In this document: piece after piece, positions 52,881-64,000 of the stretch
Layout: every line of letters starts with the position of its first letter
Numbering within the stretch: position 1 is the first letter of the stretch
Assembly: GCA_965240325.2 (NCBI GenBank)
Contig: OZ251230.1
Span: forward strand, 2,046,001-2,110,000
Reading direction: 5' to 3'
DNA: 64,000 nucleotides
From: Rebecca billardiae RCC1528
Lineage: Eukaryota; Protista; Haptophyta
Translations under genes and position numbers: made by a program
Notes under the pieces: generated by a model
What the model was told of the DNA's origin: nothing
The model's database searches: none
What the model saw: the letters and a program-made list of their open reading frames with translations, nothing else

Positions 52881-53939
52881 CTACTTCATCTGCTGGCCAA
52901 AGAGCTCCTGCTCAAAGTACTTCCACGCGACCGCGAAGATGGCGCCCTGCAGGCCGTTGGCGACCAGCTTGGTGCCGAGCCCGCGCGTGAACAGCCCGGC
53001 GACGCCGTCGCGCTCAATCACCTGCTGCGCGGCCTCGGTGTACGTGATGGTGGTGGGCGACGTCTGCTTGGTCGTCTTGATCACGCGCAGCGAGTTGGAC
53101 ACCGTGTCGCTCACGCACACCGCGCCGAAGCCGATCGAGGCGAGGCGCAGCAGCGTGAGCAGCTTGGCGTACGCCGGGTCGAGCTCGGCGCCGCTCACGC
53201 TCGGCACCAGCCCCTGCAGGAAGTTGTACGTTAGCCACCAGGGGTACGAGCCGACGAAGGAGGTGGCCGCGGCGGCGTACGCGCCCTCCCACAGCACCTG
53301 CGGCCCGCCCGTCTCCACCTTTCTCCTCAGCGTGCCCAGCGCCGTCTCGCCCTCCACCTGCAGAGTCGTCTTGACCGTGTCGAGCGGCAGGAACGTGGTG
53401 CGCCACAGCGCGGACGCGGCGCTCGGCGCGATCTGGCGCACGAAGGGCGCCAGGCCGGCGGTGGCGGGGAACGCGTCAAGGAGCACGGGCACGCCCGTGT
53501 TCGCCGCGACGTCGCCGAAGCGCGTGAGCGGCGTCTGGATGAGCGCGTACGGCAGGCCCTGGTACAGCCGGCCCAGCCCGCCCTGCTTCCACAGCTCGCG
53601 CAGCGCGTCGCCCGACGAGCCGCCCTCGCGGTACTGGTAGTTGATGGTGGTGCGCAGCCACATGAGCGACACAACTTGGACCACCGCCGCCGCCGCGCCC
53701 GAGGTGCCGCCGCCCAGGGCCGCGCGCCCCGCTTTGGAGAGGACGGCCTGCACGTCGATCGCGGCCGCGGCGCTCGGGTCGACCATGGCGATCGCCGGGC
53801 CCGAGCGCCGGCGGAGCTCGACGCGCGACGCGGAGAGCCTCTCGCGGCGCGCTTGCCAGCCCTGCATGCCGGGGTCGCCCAGCCTGCGAGCGCTGGCCGT
53901 CGCTAGGGCGCACGCCGCGAGCACGGCCAGGCGCGCCAT
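52881..53939 (-). CDS. Mitochondrial-carrier-family (SLC25) protein with an N-terminal signal/transit peptide
   Basis: MARLAVLAACALATASA followed by an Arg/Ser-rich stretch. Carrier repeats LMWLRTTINYQY..., PLDTVKTTLQVEG and SNSLRVIKTTKQT, plus GLFTRGLGTK. Confidence 0.85.
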   Translation of the reverse strand: MARLAVLAACALATASARRLGDPGMQGWQARRERLSASRVELRRRSGPAIAMVDPSAAAAIDVQAVLSKAGRAALGGGTSGAAAAVVQVVSLMWLRTTINYQYREGGSSGDALRELWKQGGLGRLYQGLPYALIQTPLTRFGDVAANTGVPVLLDAFPATAGLAPFVRQIAPSAASALWRTTFLPLDTVKTTLQVEGETALGTLRRKVETGGPQVLWEGAYAAAATSFVGSYPWWLTYNFLQGLVPSVSGAELDPAYAKLLTLLRLASIGFGAVCVSDTVSNSLRVIKTTKQTSPTTITYTEAAQQVIERDGVAGLFTRGLGTKLVANGLQGAIFAVAWKYFEQELFGQQMK

Positions 53940-54132
53940 CGCCTGATATCAGGACGGGCGCGAGCCGGAGGCGGAATGGCGGATGCCGCGAAAATGTGCG
54001 CGTCCAATTCTGGTCGAACCAGCGGCGCGAAGGGCGTTTCGTTTATTGCAGCAGATGCATTGTTTTTTGAATTTTCCGCTGCGCAAAAAGCCGCGACCCG
54101 CGCGCCGCGAGATTCGACCGCGCGCGACGACG

Positions 54133-56113
54133 ATGTCGGGCGGCGCGGAGGAGTGGACGACGACCAGCGATGTGGTTCGCGACCTGCACCGCGCGCTCGT
54201 GACGTCGGAGGTCGGCCCGCCAGGCTCGGGCTCCGACGACGGCGGCATCGCGGCCTCGCAGACGCTCCCGACCTTCCTGCCGAGCGAGGAGAGTGCGCGC
54301 CCCAAGCCGCCGACAGAACCGGGAGGCTTCAGGCGCGAGTTCCTGCGGCGGCGTGCGGAGCAGGCGGGCGAGCCGATCGACGAGGCGTGGGACGAGTCGC
54401 TCCTCGACCGGATCGACTCGTCGCTCATGATCAGCCGCCTCGCCTCCCTCTCGGCGATGCCGTTCGGCTACCAGTTTGACGACGACGGCAACCGCGTGCG
54501 CACGGCCGAGCGGCGCGTGAAGGCGGACGCGAGCGACATGGAGGTGGCGATCGCCATCTTCAAGTCGTTCGTCGCGGAGGGCATCATGTTCCTCCCCGCC
54601 GCCTTCATGAACGGCGGCTGGCTCCTCTCGAGCGTAGTGATGCTCGCGGTCGCGTACGCGTCCAAGGTGGGCGTGTTCATGCTGATCGAGTGCTACGCGG
54701 TGCTGCCGGGCACGCTGGGGGACATCGCGCAGGAGGCGGCGGGCGGGGTGGGGCGCATGGCGGTCGAGGTCTCGCTCGTCGTCTCGCAGTTCGCCATCTG
54801 CTGCGCCATGCTCATCTTCGTGCTGCGCACGTCCGAGGTGGCGATCGTGCCGGGCGCGAGCCCGGAGGAATCGCACGCGTTCAGGCTGCGCTGCCTCGCG
54901 GTGTGCCTGCTCGCGCTCGTGCCGCTCAACTGGGTGCGCAACCTGTCGAAGCTCGCGCTGAGCAACCTCGTGGCGAACGCGTGCGTCCTCTTCGGCGTCG
55001 CCATCTCGATCGTGTACCTCGTGCGCCAGCTGGCGCTCGCGGGCGTGCCCTCGGACGTGACCGTCGCCAAGCCGTCCACGATCGCCATCTTCCTCGGTGC
55101 GCGAGAACGCGGGCGGGCGGCGATGCGCGCGGCGAGGGGGCGGGCGGCGCGGTGCCGCTGCGCCACTGCCACAGCGCCATGCTCTCTCTCCCCGTCCCAC
55201 CGTCCCTCTCTCTCTGTCTCTGTGTGGCCAGCTGACGCGCACCTCGCGCGCGTGCGTGTGCGCTTGGGCGTGCGTGTGCGCTTGAATTGCGCAGGGACGA
55301 CGTGCTACGCGTTCGAGGGCATCCCGCTCGTGCTGCCCGTGTACGAGTCGATGCGGAACAAGAGGCACTTCGGGCGCGTCTTCTCGTGGGTGTTCTGGGG
55401 TGCGCGCGCGCGCGCGCGCGGCGCACGCGCTGCTCCGACGCCGGCGCGCTGGGCCGCGTCGCGCGCCCCGTCGCGCGCCACACGCGGCGCGGCCACCACC
55501 GCCGACCGCGCATGCCCCCGCGCACGCCGTGTGTCGTCACGCGCGCGCGGCAGTGGGCGTGGCGGGCCTGGAGACCGCGTATGGGCTGGTCGGCTACCTG
55601 GCGTTTGGCGAGCACATCAACCCGGTGTCGATCCTCTCGATCCCGCTCACCGCGTTCACGCGCACGGTGCTGCTGCTGTTCGGCGCCGCCATCGTGCTCG
55701 GCTTCCCGATGATGTTTGTGCCCGCCTCGCGCATCTTCGAGTCGTACATCTGGGCGGGGCCGGCGAGCGGCGGCTCGGGCGGCGCGCCGCAGCCGCTCGA
55801 CCCGCAGCTGCCGCACGTGCGCCGCGCCGCGCTCGTGCGCAAGGTGCTCAAGAACCTGCTGCGCACGGGCCTCGTGCTCGCGCTCTGCGCCATCTCGCTG
55901 TACGGAGCCGACTTCGTCTCGCAGTTCGTCGCGCTCGCGGGGAGCCTGTGCTGCGTGCCGCTCGCGTTCGTGTACCCGGCGTACTTCCACCTGCGGCTGG
56001 TGGCCAAGACGGCTTCTCAGCGCGCGGCTGCGTGGGCCCTCATCACGGGCGGGCTCGTGCTCATGCCGCTGACGCTGTACCAGGTCGTCTTTGCGTCGCA
56101 CTCAGATGAATAG
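54133..56113 (+). CDS. Amino-acid transporter, Aa_trans/AAAP family (AVT3/AVT4- or SLC36-like), 3 exons, about 542 aa
   Basis: Exons 54133-55096, 55295-55399 and 55554-56113. Motifs PGGFRREFL, IFKSFVAEGIMFLPAAFMNGG, FLGTTCYAFEGIPLVLPV, GLVGYLAFG and GSLCCVPLAFVYPAYFH. Confidence 0.92.
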
Positions 56114-56769
56114 CGGACGACTCAGGCTCAGCTGTCAGCATCACGGACAGCCAGACAGAGATTCACTGCAGACATCAGCAGCAGTGTCGCACTTATATCG
56201 TCGGCAGTAGCAGCCTGCTACGGTCGATCCTGCCGACTAATGAATAAGCAGTCTCACTCTCAGACGACGTCGATCCGGATCTAAGTGTAAAGTGACGATC
56301 GACTGACTGTCTTGACAAGAGAGTCTTGTCATCGACCGGTCTAGCTTGGGCTTGGCTGCTGGGCTCCGCCTCCCGGGCCGAATGCATGGCCGATCATCAC
56401 TCATCACTCATCAGACTCAGTCCGACTCCAGAGTGTCGACGAGTGTGAGTGTCACGACGAGTCGACGATCGGATCCGATGATGTTGCTCAGACTTGTATT
56501 GACGATGATGTCGTCATCGTCAACCGCAACGGTGTCCCGATGCCGTGCCATGATATGACGAGCAGTCATCTAATCAGCAGATGACGAAATATTTAATACG
56601 TGGCGCGCGTGCCTCAGCGCGCCCTTGCGCCCCGCCGCCGAGTCTGCGGCCGAGCGCGCGCTGCTCGGCACCATGCAGCAGCCGCCTGCGCAATAATTGC
56701 GGCGCGAGCTGGGCGGCATATGTGCTGCCTGATGCGTGGCCAGGCCACTGATGATGCTCATCGCCCGCG

Positions 56770-57038
56770 CGCGCATGGCACACGTGCGCCCGGGGGCACG
56801 CGCCCGCCGCGGGGGCGCTGCGCACGACGACTACTTCGAGACGACGGCTGACGACGCGTGGCACCGTGACCACCGCGGTGGGCGCAGGGCGGGGTGGCGC
56901 GCGCGCGTCGACGCCAGACGGTGCGTCGGGCCTCCGCTCGGCGATGGTCACAGACGCGGCGATGAAGTCGGATCATGGGCGACTACGAGGGGGGGGGGGA
57001 CGACGGCGAGGAGCGCTGCCATCCTGGTGTTTGTCCCT
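56770..57038 (+). repeat. Dispersed repeat family 1, copy B
   Basis: Colinear similarity to 15385-15758, lacking most of the AT-rich insertions of copy A. Confidence 0.85.
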
Positions 57039-58501
57039 GCTGCCCGATCTGCTGCTACAGCTTGCTGACTCTGAGTCTGACGCCTGCCCGTTGGCGTTGC
57101 GCATGCCACGTCGTTAAATAATATAGTTATTAAATAATACACACATATATATATATATATGATATATATAATGGCGCGGACTGCGCGAATGAATGACGCG
57201 CAGGCAGCGGCACAAGCAGCACTCCTGCGTGTGCTGCCGCCTGACGTTCACTCGCTGAAAAGTACGGAAAATGATGCTGACGAATCGAAATAATTCGAAT
57301 GACCGCCGCACGATGATAACTCATTATAGTTTGACAACTTAAACTTTCACAAAGACGAGAGTGTCGAGTCACGAACGTCGCCGCGACGGTCCCCGGAGCC
57401 GTCACTATGCGACGATGAATTAAGTTTACTTTATTATTCACGCAGCAGCGAGCTCCGCACACGCACCGTGGCTTTCTCCACGTTTCAGTGCCGATGCCGC
57501 TCGCGCACCGGACGTGCCCCCGTGGCGTGCGATCGGCGCCTTCCGTGCGCGCTGGCCACGGTCGGACTGCCGGACTTCCAGAGCAGCCTTCTCAGACCAC
57601 CGCCCGGTGGCGGCGATACCCAGCGCAGGCGGAGGATAATTGGTCATAGCCAACTGCCACTGCCGCCTGTTTCTGCCCGAGCAGCAGACTGGATGTGAGT
57701 CACCCCTGTCCGCGATTGCGCCGACAACGCCGTGAAGATCGGACCAGTCAAGAGTCAAGCTACTATCACGGAGCTGTGGGCTAGATCTTAGCCCAGCGCT
57801 CCATTCAAGGGTTGGCAACACGATGGATGTCGTGCCGGGTAGGCGCGCCCGCGTCAGGGCCGTGGAGTAATCCCATCAAGGTGCTTGGTCTGCCGACTGT
57901 CACTATGACGGATCCCGGCAAAGTGGCGTCAGAGGGGGCAACACGGGCCTAAAGCTGGACACGAGCCCGTGCAGCGACCACTACACTTCCGAGCTCTGTC
58001 GGGCTCCGCATTGGCGTTCGCGCGGGGCGGTCGCCATAAGACGTCCGCCCGAAAGAGAGGGATTCGAGGAGCCGCTGTGCATCCATGAGGCGAGATCTCG
58101 GTCATCTCGATCCTAATTGATAATATTCATCAATATGGGGGTTACTTGTCTTGCAATTACTCACAAATCCTTGACTGCGACTGGCTTCTCACGAACTCCC
58201 GGAGTTCCGAGTAGCCGGCCAACGGGCGAAGCGGCGGAGTCGTCGGTGTTTGGGGCTTTCCAAGCGCTGGGCCCGTACATGATTGGCTCGATTTGAGCCG
58301 TCCCATCAGGCCATCAACAAGGGACTCCCCTACTTACTTGGTCCCATTTACTGCGGCCGGGGTACCCACATGGCCGTGAGAGCAGGGTGGGCGGTCACAG
58401 TCTGGGCTCGCTGCACGATCGCAGTCATCGGCCAGGCGGCGGGGGTGACTACCTGGCAACCACCACAGCGCAACGCGCGGCCCCTCGCTCCGAGCGGACG
58501 G

Positions 58502-59313
58502 ATGATCACGCCCGTGCGCGCTCAGGCAACGATGTGCACGCCGTACGCGGCGCACGTGCCCAACGTGGCGCCATCGGACCGCCTCGCCGCCGAAGACGAC
58601 GCGTCGGCCTCTCCCGCGGACGCGCTCGGCGATAGCGAATGCGCGCACGCAATTCCGCACGGCGCGCACGCGTCCAAGATGCCAACCTACCTCCTCGGGC
58701 CGAGGGTGCGCGCGCGCGCGCGCGCAGATAGCGGCTCGGTCGGCCCTGCCCTGCCCTGCCCTCCTCTGCCGCGAGCGCCACGGCCACCCCCGCTCCGTGC
58801 ACTCTGAGCACGCACCGCGCACCGCGCACCGCGCGCGCGGCCGCGCTCTGCGCGCGCAGGTCTCGCCCCCGCCAACCTCGCTCGCAGCTGGCAGCGATGG
58901 CTCGCGGTTCTTCGTGCACACGACGTCGATCAACTGTCCCACCCACCCGCCGCGTGCCGACTACGCGTCGCCCGTCATCAGCCAGCAGCACGACTGCAAG
59001 TCCTCCGTGGGCAGCTGCGGCGTCGCGCGGCGAGAGGGCCAGACGCGCTCGCCGCCCGCCGCGCCGGCGGCGACCCAGCCGCCCGTGGCTGCCGCGCTGG
59101 CCAAGGAGGACGGCGTCGGGGGGCACTGGTCGCAGCGCTCGCTGGATGGCTCGGCGCCCACCTCAACCGCCGCCGCGAACGCGAGCTGCCAGTGGCTCGG
59201 CCGGTGTGCGCTCGCGCCGCGCGCTCGCGCCGGCGCGCCGCGCGCTGACAAGGCATCGCGCGGCGGGCGGCCGGCGCACGCGGCGCGCGCTCGCGCGCAT
59301 TCGCTCACCTCTC

Positions 59314-59347
<34 letters not shown>

Positions 59348-60391
59348 GCAGCACGGTGCGCGTGACGCGCGGCAAGGGCGAGGGGCAGCAAGGCATCGTC
59401 ACCAAGTCCGGCCACGGCTTCTACTGCGTGCAGGTCTCGGAGGACGAGACTCTGATGAAGCGCGGCCATGAGATTGAGCTCGTGGGCGGCGGCTCGCTGC
59501 GGCCCAAGGCGCCGCGCTCGCCCGCGCTCAGCCCGGGGGCGAAGCAGCTGGCGGCGCGCGCGACGTCGCCGGGCGGGCGCGCGCTCGGCGGCGTCTCGAA
59601 GGACGGCCCGCGCCACGCGCCGCCGCAGGCCTCGCGCATGGTGATGCGCTCGCCCAGCCCGCCGGCGGGCAGCACGCTGCTGCCGGAGCCGGCCCTGCCC
59701 GTGCACGCGGCCGCGGGCGCGCCGCAGCGGTGCGAGGAGTGTGCGCGCGTGCACGGCGGCGGCTTCGGCTCCGGCCGCTTCTGCTCCAAGAGCTGCGGCG
59801 CGCGCTTCGCGGTCCGCTCGCGCGCGCTCCCCATCCCGACGCCCGTCTCCTCGCTCTCCACGCCACGCGAAGGCGCGGACGCGCCGGCGTACCACGCGCC
59901 GATTGCACTCAAGGTGCCGCGCGCTGCGCTGATGCGCCGCGCCGCGCCGCGCGGCCGGCGCGCGGCCAACAGGGCCGCGCGGCGCGCCTGCGCGGCTGCC
60001 CGCGCGCGCTCACGGTGCGGCGCGCGCGCGCGCGACGCGACGCGCGCGCAGGCGCGTGAGGGCGCCGGCGCATCCGGCTCGGCCGCCTTCCTCTCCGCAG
60101 CGCCCAGCCCCATGGCCGCGCGCCTCCCGCACAAGCGGCCGCCAACGCCTGTCCCCCTTGCCGCGGGCGCCGAGCCGGACAGCGAGGCCGCGCTGGCCGC
60201 GCGCGCGCTGCTGCGCATCATGTCTGCGTCGAGCGTGCACGGGCCGGAGGTGCGCGCGCGCGGCGCGAGCGCGGCGGCGCGCGGGCGTGCGGCGGCGTGG
60301 CTGAGCTCCCTCCCTCTCGCCCGCGCCTCGCCGCGCGCAGGCCTACGGCGGCGCGTTCGATTCCCTCGCCAAGCGCCCGCGTGTGAACTGA
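58502..60391 (+). CDS. Putative nuclear protein with a KOW/SH3-like motif and an FCS-like zinc finger, 5 exons (start uncertain: 58370, 58502 or 58532)
   Basis: Predicted introns 58706-58859, 59204-59351, 59914-60051 and 60250-60340. The spliced product contains WLGRTVRVTRGKGEGQQGIVTKSGHGFYCV and CEECARVHGGGFGSGRFCSKSC, and ends with NLS-like KRPRVN*. Confidence 0.65.
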
Positions 60392-61279
60392 CGACGACGG
60401 CCGGCCGCATCGGGACGGCCCGGAGGACGGGCGGTGCGCCGCCGCGCACCTGTGCATGCTCGTGCCCATGAGACCAAACCGGCCGCCTCGCTCGCCCGAG
60501 CGCGCGCCACCACCGCGCATCAGGCCGCCGCCGCTGCGCCGCGCGCGCGCCTCGCTGCCGCCACCCTCGGCGGCGCGGCCGCGGCGTGAGCGCGCAGCGC
60601 GCGCTGATGCGACCGAACCGGGCAGCGTCACGGCCGCGGTCCCTGCGCGCAGCCGGGGACTGCGGCGAGAGCTTTCGACGCAGCTCTGTCGCGCGGGGCT
60701 CTCGAGTCGAGAAGCACGCCGCCGCCGCTCCCGCGGCCGGCTGTGCTGAGAGAGAGCCCATCTGCGAGTGTCAGTGATGCCCCGGATGGGCGTCGGCTTC
60801 GCCGACTCGCGTATCGCGCGTCGAGCCGACGACCATGCCGCACACCCCAGGGAGACGTGTGGATGATTGAAGAAGTCATACATGCGGGATGATCCGAGTG
60901 CAAGGAAGAGTCGTGTGTGATCTAGCGGCAGCCGTGGAGATGGCGGCGGGCGCGGTCTTCTGCCAGGGCCGCGACTGCGGCTTGGCCGCGCGCCGTCATC
61001 AACCGCGCCCGCTTTTCTTTTCATTCTGGCCTCAAACCCGTTTTTTGCCTCAAGACGGGCGATGGGTCGCATGCAAGGTCGCATCGAGTTGAGTCCGTTC
61101 CGGGTGGCTCCGGCCGGCGCCGGCGAAAGCTTTTGAACACAGACTCCCGCCCAATCGGCGCTGAGTCCGGATGTGCGCTGGACGCCTGTCCGGTGCTGAT
61201 GGGCTGGTTTGTCGTCGTCGGGCCAAGCTCTTGCTGCGCGTGGCGGTGCGGGGCCTGCGCGTGCACGTGGACGGGCGCA

Positions 61280-63363
61280 ATGGCGACGCCGCCGACGCGG
61301 GCTGGCATGGCGCCCATCAAGGCCGAGTTCCTCGCGCCGCGCAAGCCCGAGCCCGAGAAGAGCACGAAACCTGCGGAGCGCGCCGATGCCGGCGCAGCGG
61401 CGGGCGGCGCGCCGGCCACAGCGGCGGCGCCAGCGGCCGCCGCCGACGGCGCGCGGCCCAAGAAGAGGCAACGCGGGATGAACAAGCCGAACGAGCGCGA
61501 GCGCTACCGCCCGAAGGTCTCAGGCCTGTGCGTCCAGTTCGCCTCCGGGCTGGGCTGCCCGTATGGCGACGGCTGCAAGTACTCGCACGACCTCGCCGAG
61601 TACATGCAGAGGCGGCCGGCCGACCTGCCGGGCGAGTGCCCCAGCTTCGCGGCGTTCGGGGCGTGCCGGCACGGCGTGCTGTGCCGGCGCGGGGCGGCGC
61701 ACCTGAATGCCGACGGCACCAACATCGTGCGCCCGGGCGCGCAGCCCTCCTTCGCCGCGCCGCCCACCGAGCGCAACACGCTCGAGCGCGCCACCCTGCA
61801 GCAGCTCAAGCAGCGCAAGCACGCCTTCCCCACGGCGGACGGGGCGGTGGCGCGGGCGAGGGAGCTGGGCAAGGCGGAGGCGGAGAGCGGCGGCGCGATT
61901 GTGAGCGCCGCCGCCGCGCACGGCGCCGCCGCCGCGCCCGAGGCGGCGGCGGCGGCGGCGGCCGCGCCGGCGGCGGCGGCGGCAGCGGAGGCCGCGGCCG
62001 CGCCGGCGGCGGCGCCGGCGGCGGCGGCCGCGGCTGCGCGCTCCAGCGTGTGTGCGCCCGCGGCTGCCGAGGTCGGAGCCGGGTACGGCTGCTCGGAGGC
62101 GGCGCTGCGCGGCGAGGAGCGCGCGCCGATCGACCTGCGCGGCAAGCTCTACCTCGCGCCGCTCACCACGGTGGGCAACCTGCCCTTCCGCCGGCTGTGC
62201 GTGTCGGCGGGCGCGGACGTGACGTGCTCGGAGATGGCGCTCGCGACCAAGCTGCTGCAGGGCGAGCAGTCCGAGTGGGCGCTGCTGCGGCGGCACGAGA
62301 GCGAGACGCTGTTCGGCGCGCAGCTCGCCGCGGCGCACTCGGACACGCTCGCGCGCGCGTGCGAGGCCGTCGCGACCCACACGGACGTGCGCTTTGTCGA
62401 CATCAACATGGGGTGCCCGATCGACCCGGTGTGCAACAAGGGGATGGGCAGCGTGCTGGTCGCACGGCCCGCGCGCGTCGCTGAGCTCGTGCGCTCGGCG
62501 AGCGCGACGCTGCGCCCGTGGGGCGTGGGGCTGACGGTGAAGCTGCGGATGGGCGTGGAGGACAAGAGCCCGGTCGCGCACCGTCTGGTGCCGCACCTCA
62601 AGCACTGGGGCGCGGCCGCGTGCACGCTCCACGGCCGCTCGCGCCAGCAGCGCTACTCGCGCGCCGCCGACTGGGACTACGTGGAGCGCTGCGCGCGCGA
62701 GGCTTCGGTGCCGCTGATCGGCAACGGCGACATGTTCACGCACGAGGACCTGGCGGCCGCGCTCGGCCGGCCGGCGATCGCGTCGGTGATGGTGGCGCGC
62801 GGCGCGCTCGTCAAGCCGTGGATCTTCACCGAGCTCAAGGAGCGCCGGCTGTGGGACATCTCCGCGCCCGAGCGGCTGCAGCTGATGCAGGACTTTGTGC
62901 ACCACGGCCTCGAGCACTGGGGCTCGGTGTGCGCAGCGGACGGGAGGGGGCGGGGGCGCGGCAGGGCGGTCGGAGAGGGGGGCGGCGCGGGGCGGCGCGG
63001 GAGGGCCGCACGGCGCGCCGCCGCCGCGCTCACCCGCGAGCCGCGCGCCCCCGCCCCGCGCCGCCGCCGGCTGTGCAGGACGATCTGGGCGTGGCGCGCA
63101 CGCGCCACTTCCTGCTCGAGTGGCTCTCCTTCTCGTGCAGGTACGTGCCCGTGGGGCTGCTCGAGCGGCTGCCGCCGCGCATCCAGGACTGCGCGCCGCC
63201 GTTCGTCGGGCGCTCCGACCTGGAGACCCTGCTCGGCTCGAGCAGCGCGCACGACTGGGTGCGCCTCTCCGAGATGGTGCTCGGGCCGGTGCCGCCCGAG
63301 TTCCGCTTCACGCCCAAGCACAAGGCGAACGCGCAGGCAGGGCCGATGGTCGCGGAGGGGTAG
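61280..63363 (+). CDS. DUS3L: tRNA-dihydrouridine(47) synthase [NAD(P)+], 2 exons, about 643 aa
   Basis: [12 protein letters not shown] fingers (C...[12 protein letters not shown]; CPSF...CRHGVLC...H), [28 protein letters not shown] and [10 protein letters not shown]. Intron 62927-63078 joins HWGS|DDLGV. C-terminal FTPKHKANA. Confidence 0.96.
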
Positions 63364-63717
63364 GCTGCGCCGCGCGCGGCGGCGGGCGCCACGGGGCGGG
63401 GCCCACCGCCCGGCGCCGCTGCCGTGCCCGTGCATGGCGCGACGAGCGGCATGGATGGCCTCGCGCCTCGGCACTGGCAGGCCGCCGACCGCGCCTGGGC
63501 TCGATCCCGTGGCAACGTGTCCGACTTTGGGCGGACGGGGTCTACTGCGTCGGACGTCACGTTGAATCACCCCGATACGTTTGATGCACCCGGTACGGCG
63601 GCGCGGCCCGTGCCCTCGTACTCGTAAGCTGCCGTAGTGCCCTGACTACTGAGGACGCGCGGAGTCAATAAACGGCGGAGAATCGTCATCGTCACAATCT
63701 GTCCATCGATCAGCATA

Positions 63718-63742
63718 CAGTTTACTAAGAATAAGAGACGCA
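63718..63742 (+). repeat. Second copy of the 25-bp motif CAGTTTACTAAGAATAAGAGACGCA
   Basis: Identical to 42451-42475. Confidence 0.75.
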
Positions 63743-64000
63743 CACAGCTCAGGCAGGCGAGATTGACGCCCGCCAACTGTCACCCAGTATCGAAACAAGG
63801 CCGGATGAACCTAAAAAATGCGCGGAGGGGAACGCCGCCAAACCGGCAAGCAAGATGGCGGACTCGTCGCGCCCTCCGCCTGACCGAGAGCGCGATTACG
63901 ATCGCAATGATGAGGCGGGCGCGAGCGGCCGAGGCGCGGCAGCCGACAGCCGCCGAAAGCCTGCTCCCGCGCAGCCAAAGCAGAATGCCAACTACGAGAC

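Noticed and set aside
58125-58150. RNase MRP CR-V-like motif (AATATGGGGGTTACTT)
   Set aside because: No complementary CR-I/P4 partner (GAAAGTCCCC-like) was found upstream.

Overview
This is very GC-rich eukaryotic nuclear DNA with short GC-rich GT-AG introns and compact head-to-head gene pairs. The style suggests a haptophyte such as Pavlovales; that is an inference, not shown by the sequence. From left to right the window holds: the 5' end of a secreted extensin-like SPPP protein (minus strand, runs off the window); a sideroflexin; a Mutator-like element (2885-11640, 9-bp TSD ATATTATAA) whose left TIR is split by a 7,040-bp TSD-less, satellite-filled element with A1..B1A2..B2 terminal repeats; a GT29 sialyltransferase-like gene; and decayed intergenic repeats. 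Next is a two-exon giant gene of about 7,800 aa encoding a polycystin-1-like receptor (3 FG-GAP propellers, 2 LRR blocks, RTX-like repeats, about 2,300 aa of SPPP stalk, IPT, REJ, GAIN/GPS, 5 TM, IQ, EF-hands), whose only predicted intron lies exactly at the HL|T autoproteolysis site. After it come MoaC, a single-ORF plastid-type bestrophin fused to a mitochondrial phosphate-carrier-like domain, CTC1, a 3-exon COX6B missed by the ORF track, a signal-peptide-bearing carrier, an AVT3/4-like amino-acid transporter, a KOW plus FCS-like Zn-finger gene, and DUS3. Most long Gly/Ala/Arg-rich ORFs in the track are antisense or off-frame shadows. All family calls come from motifs recognised by eye; no database search was run.
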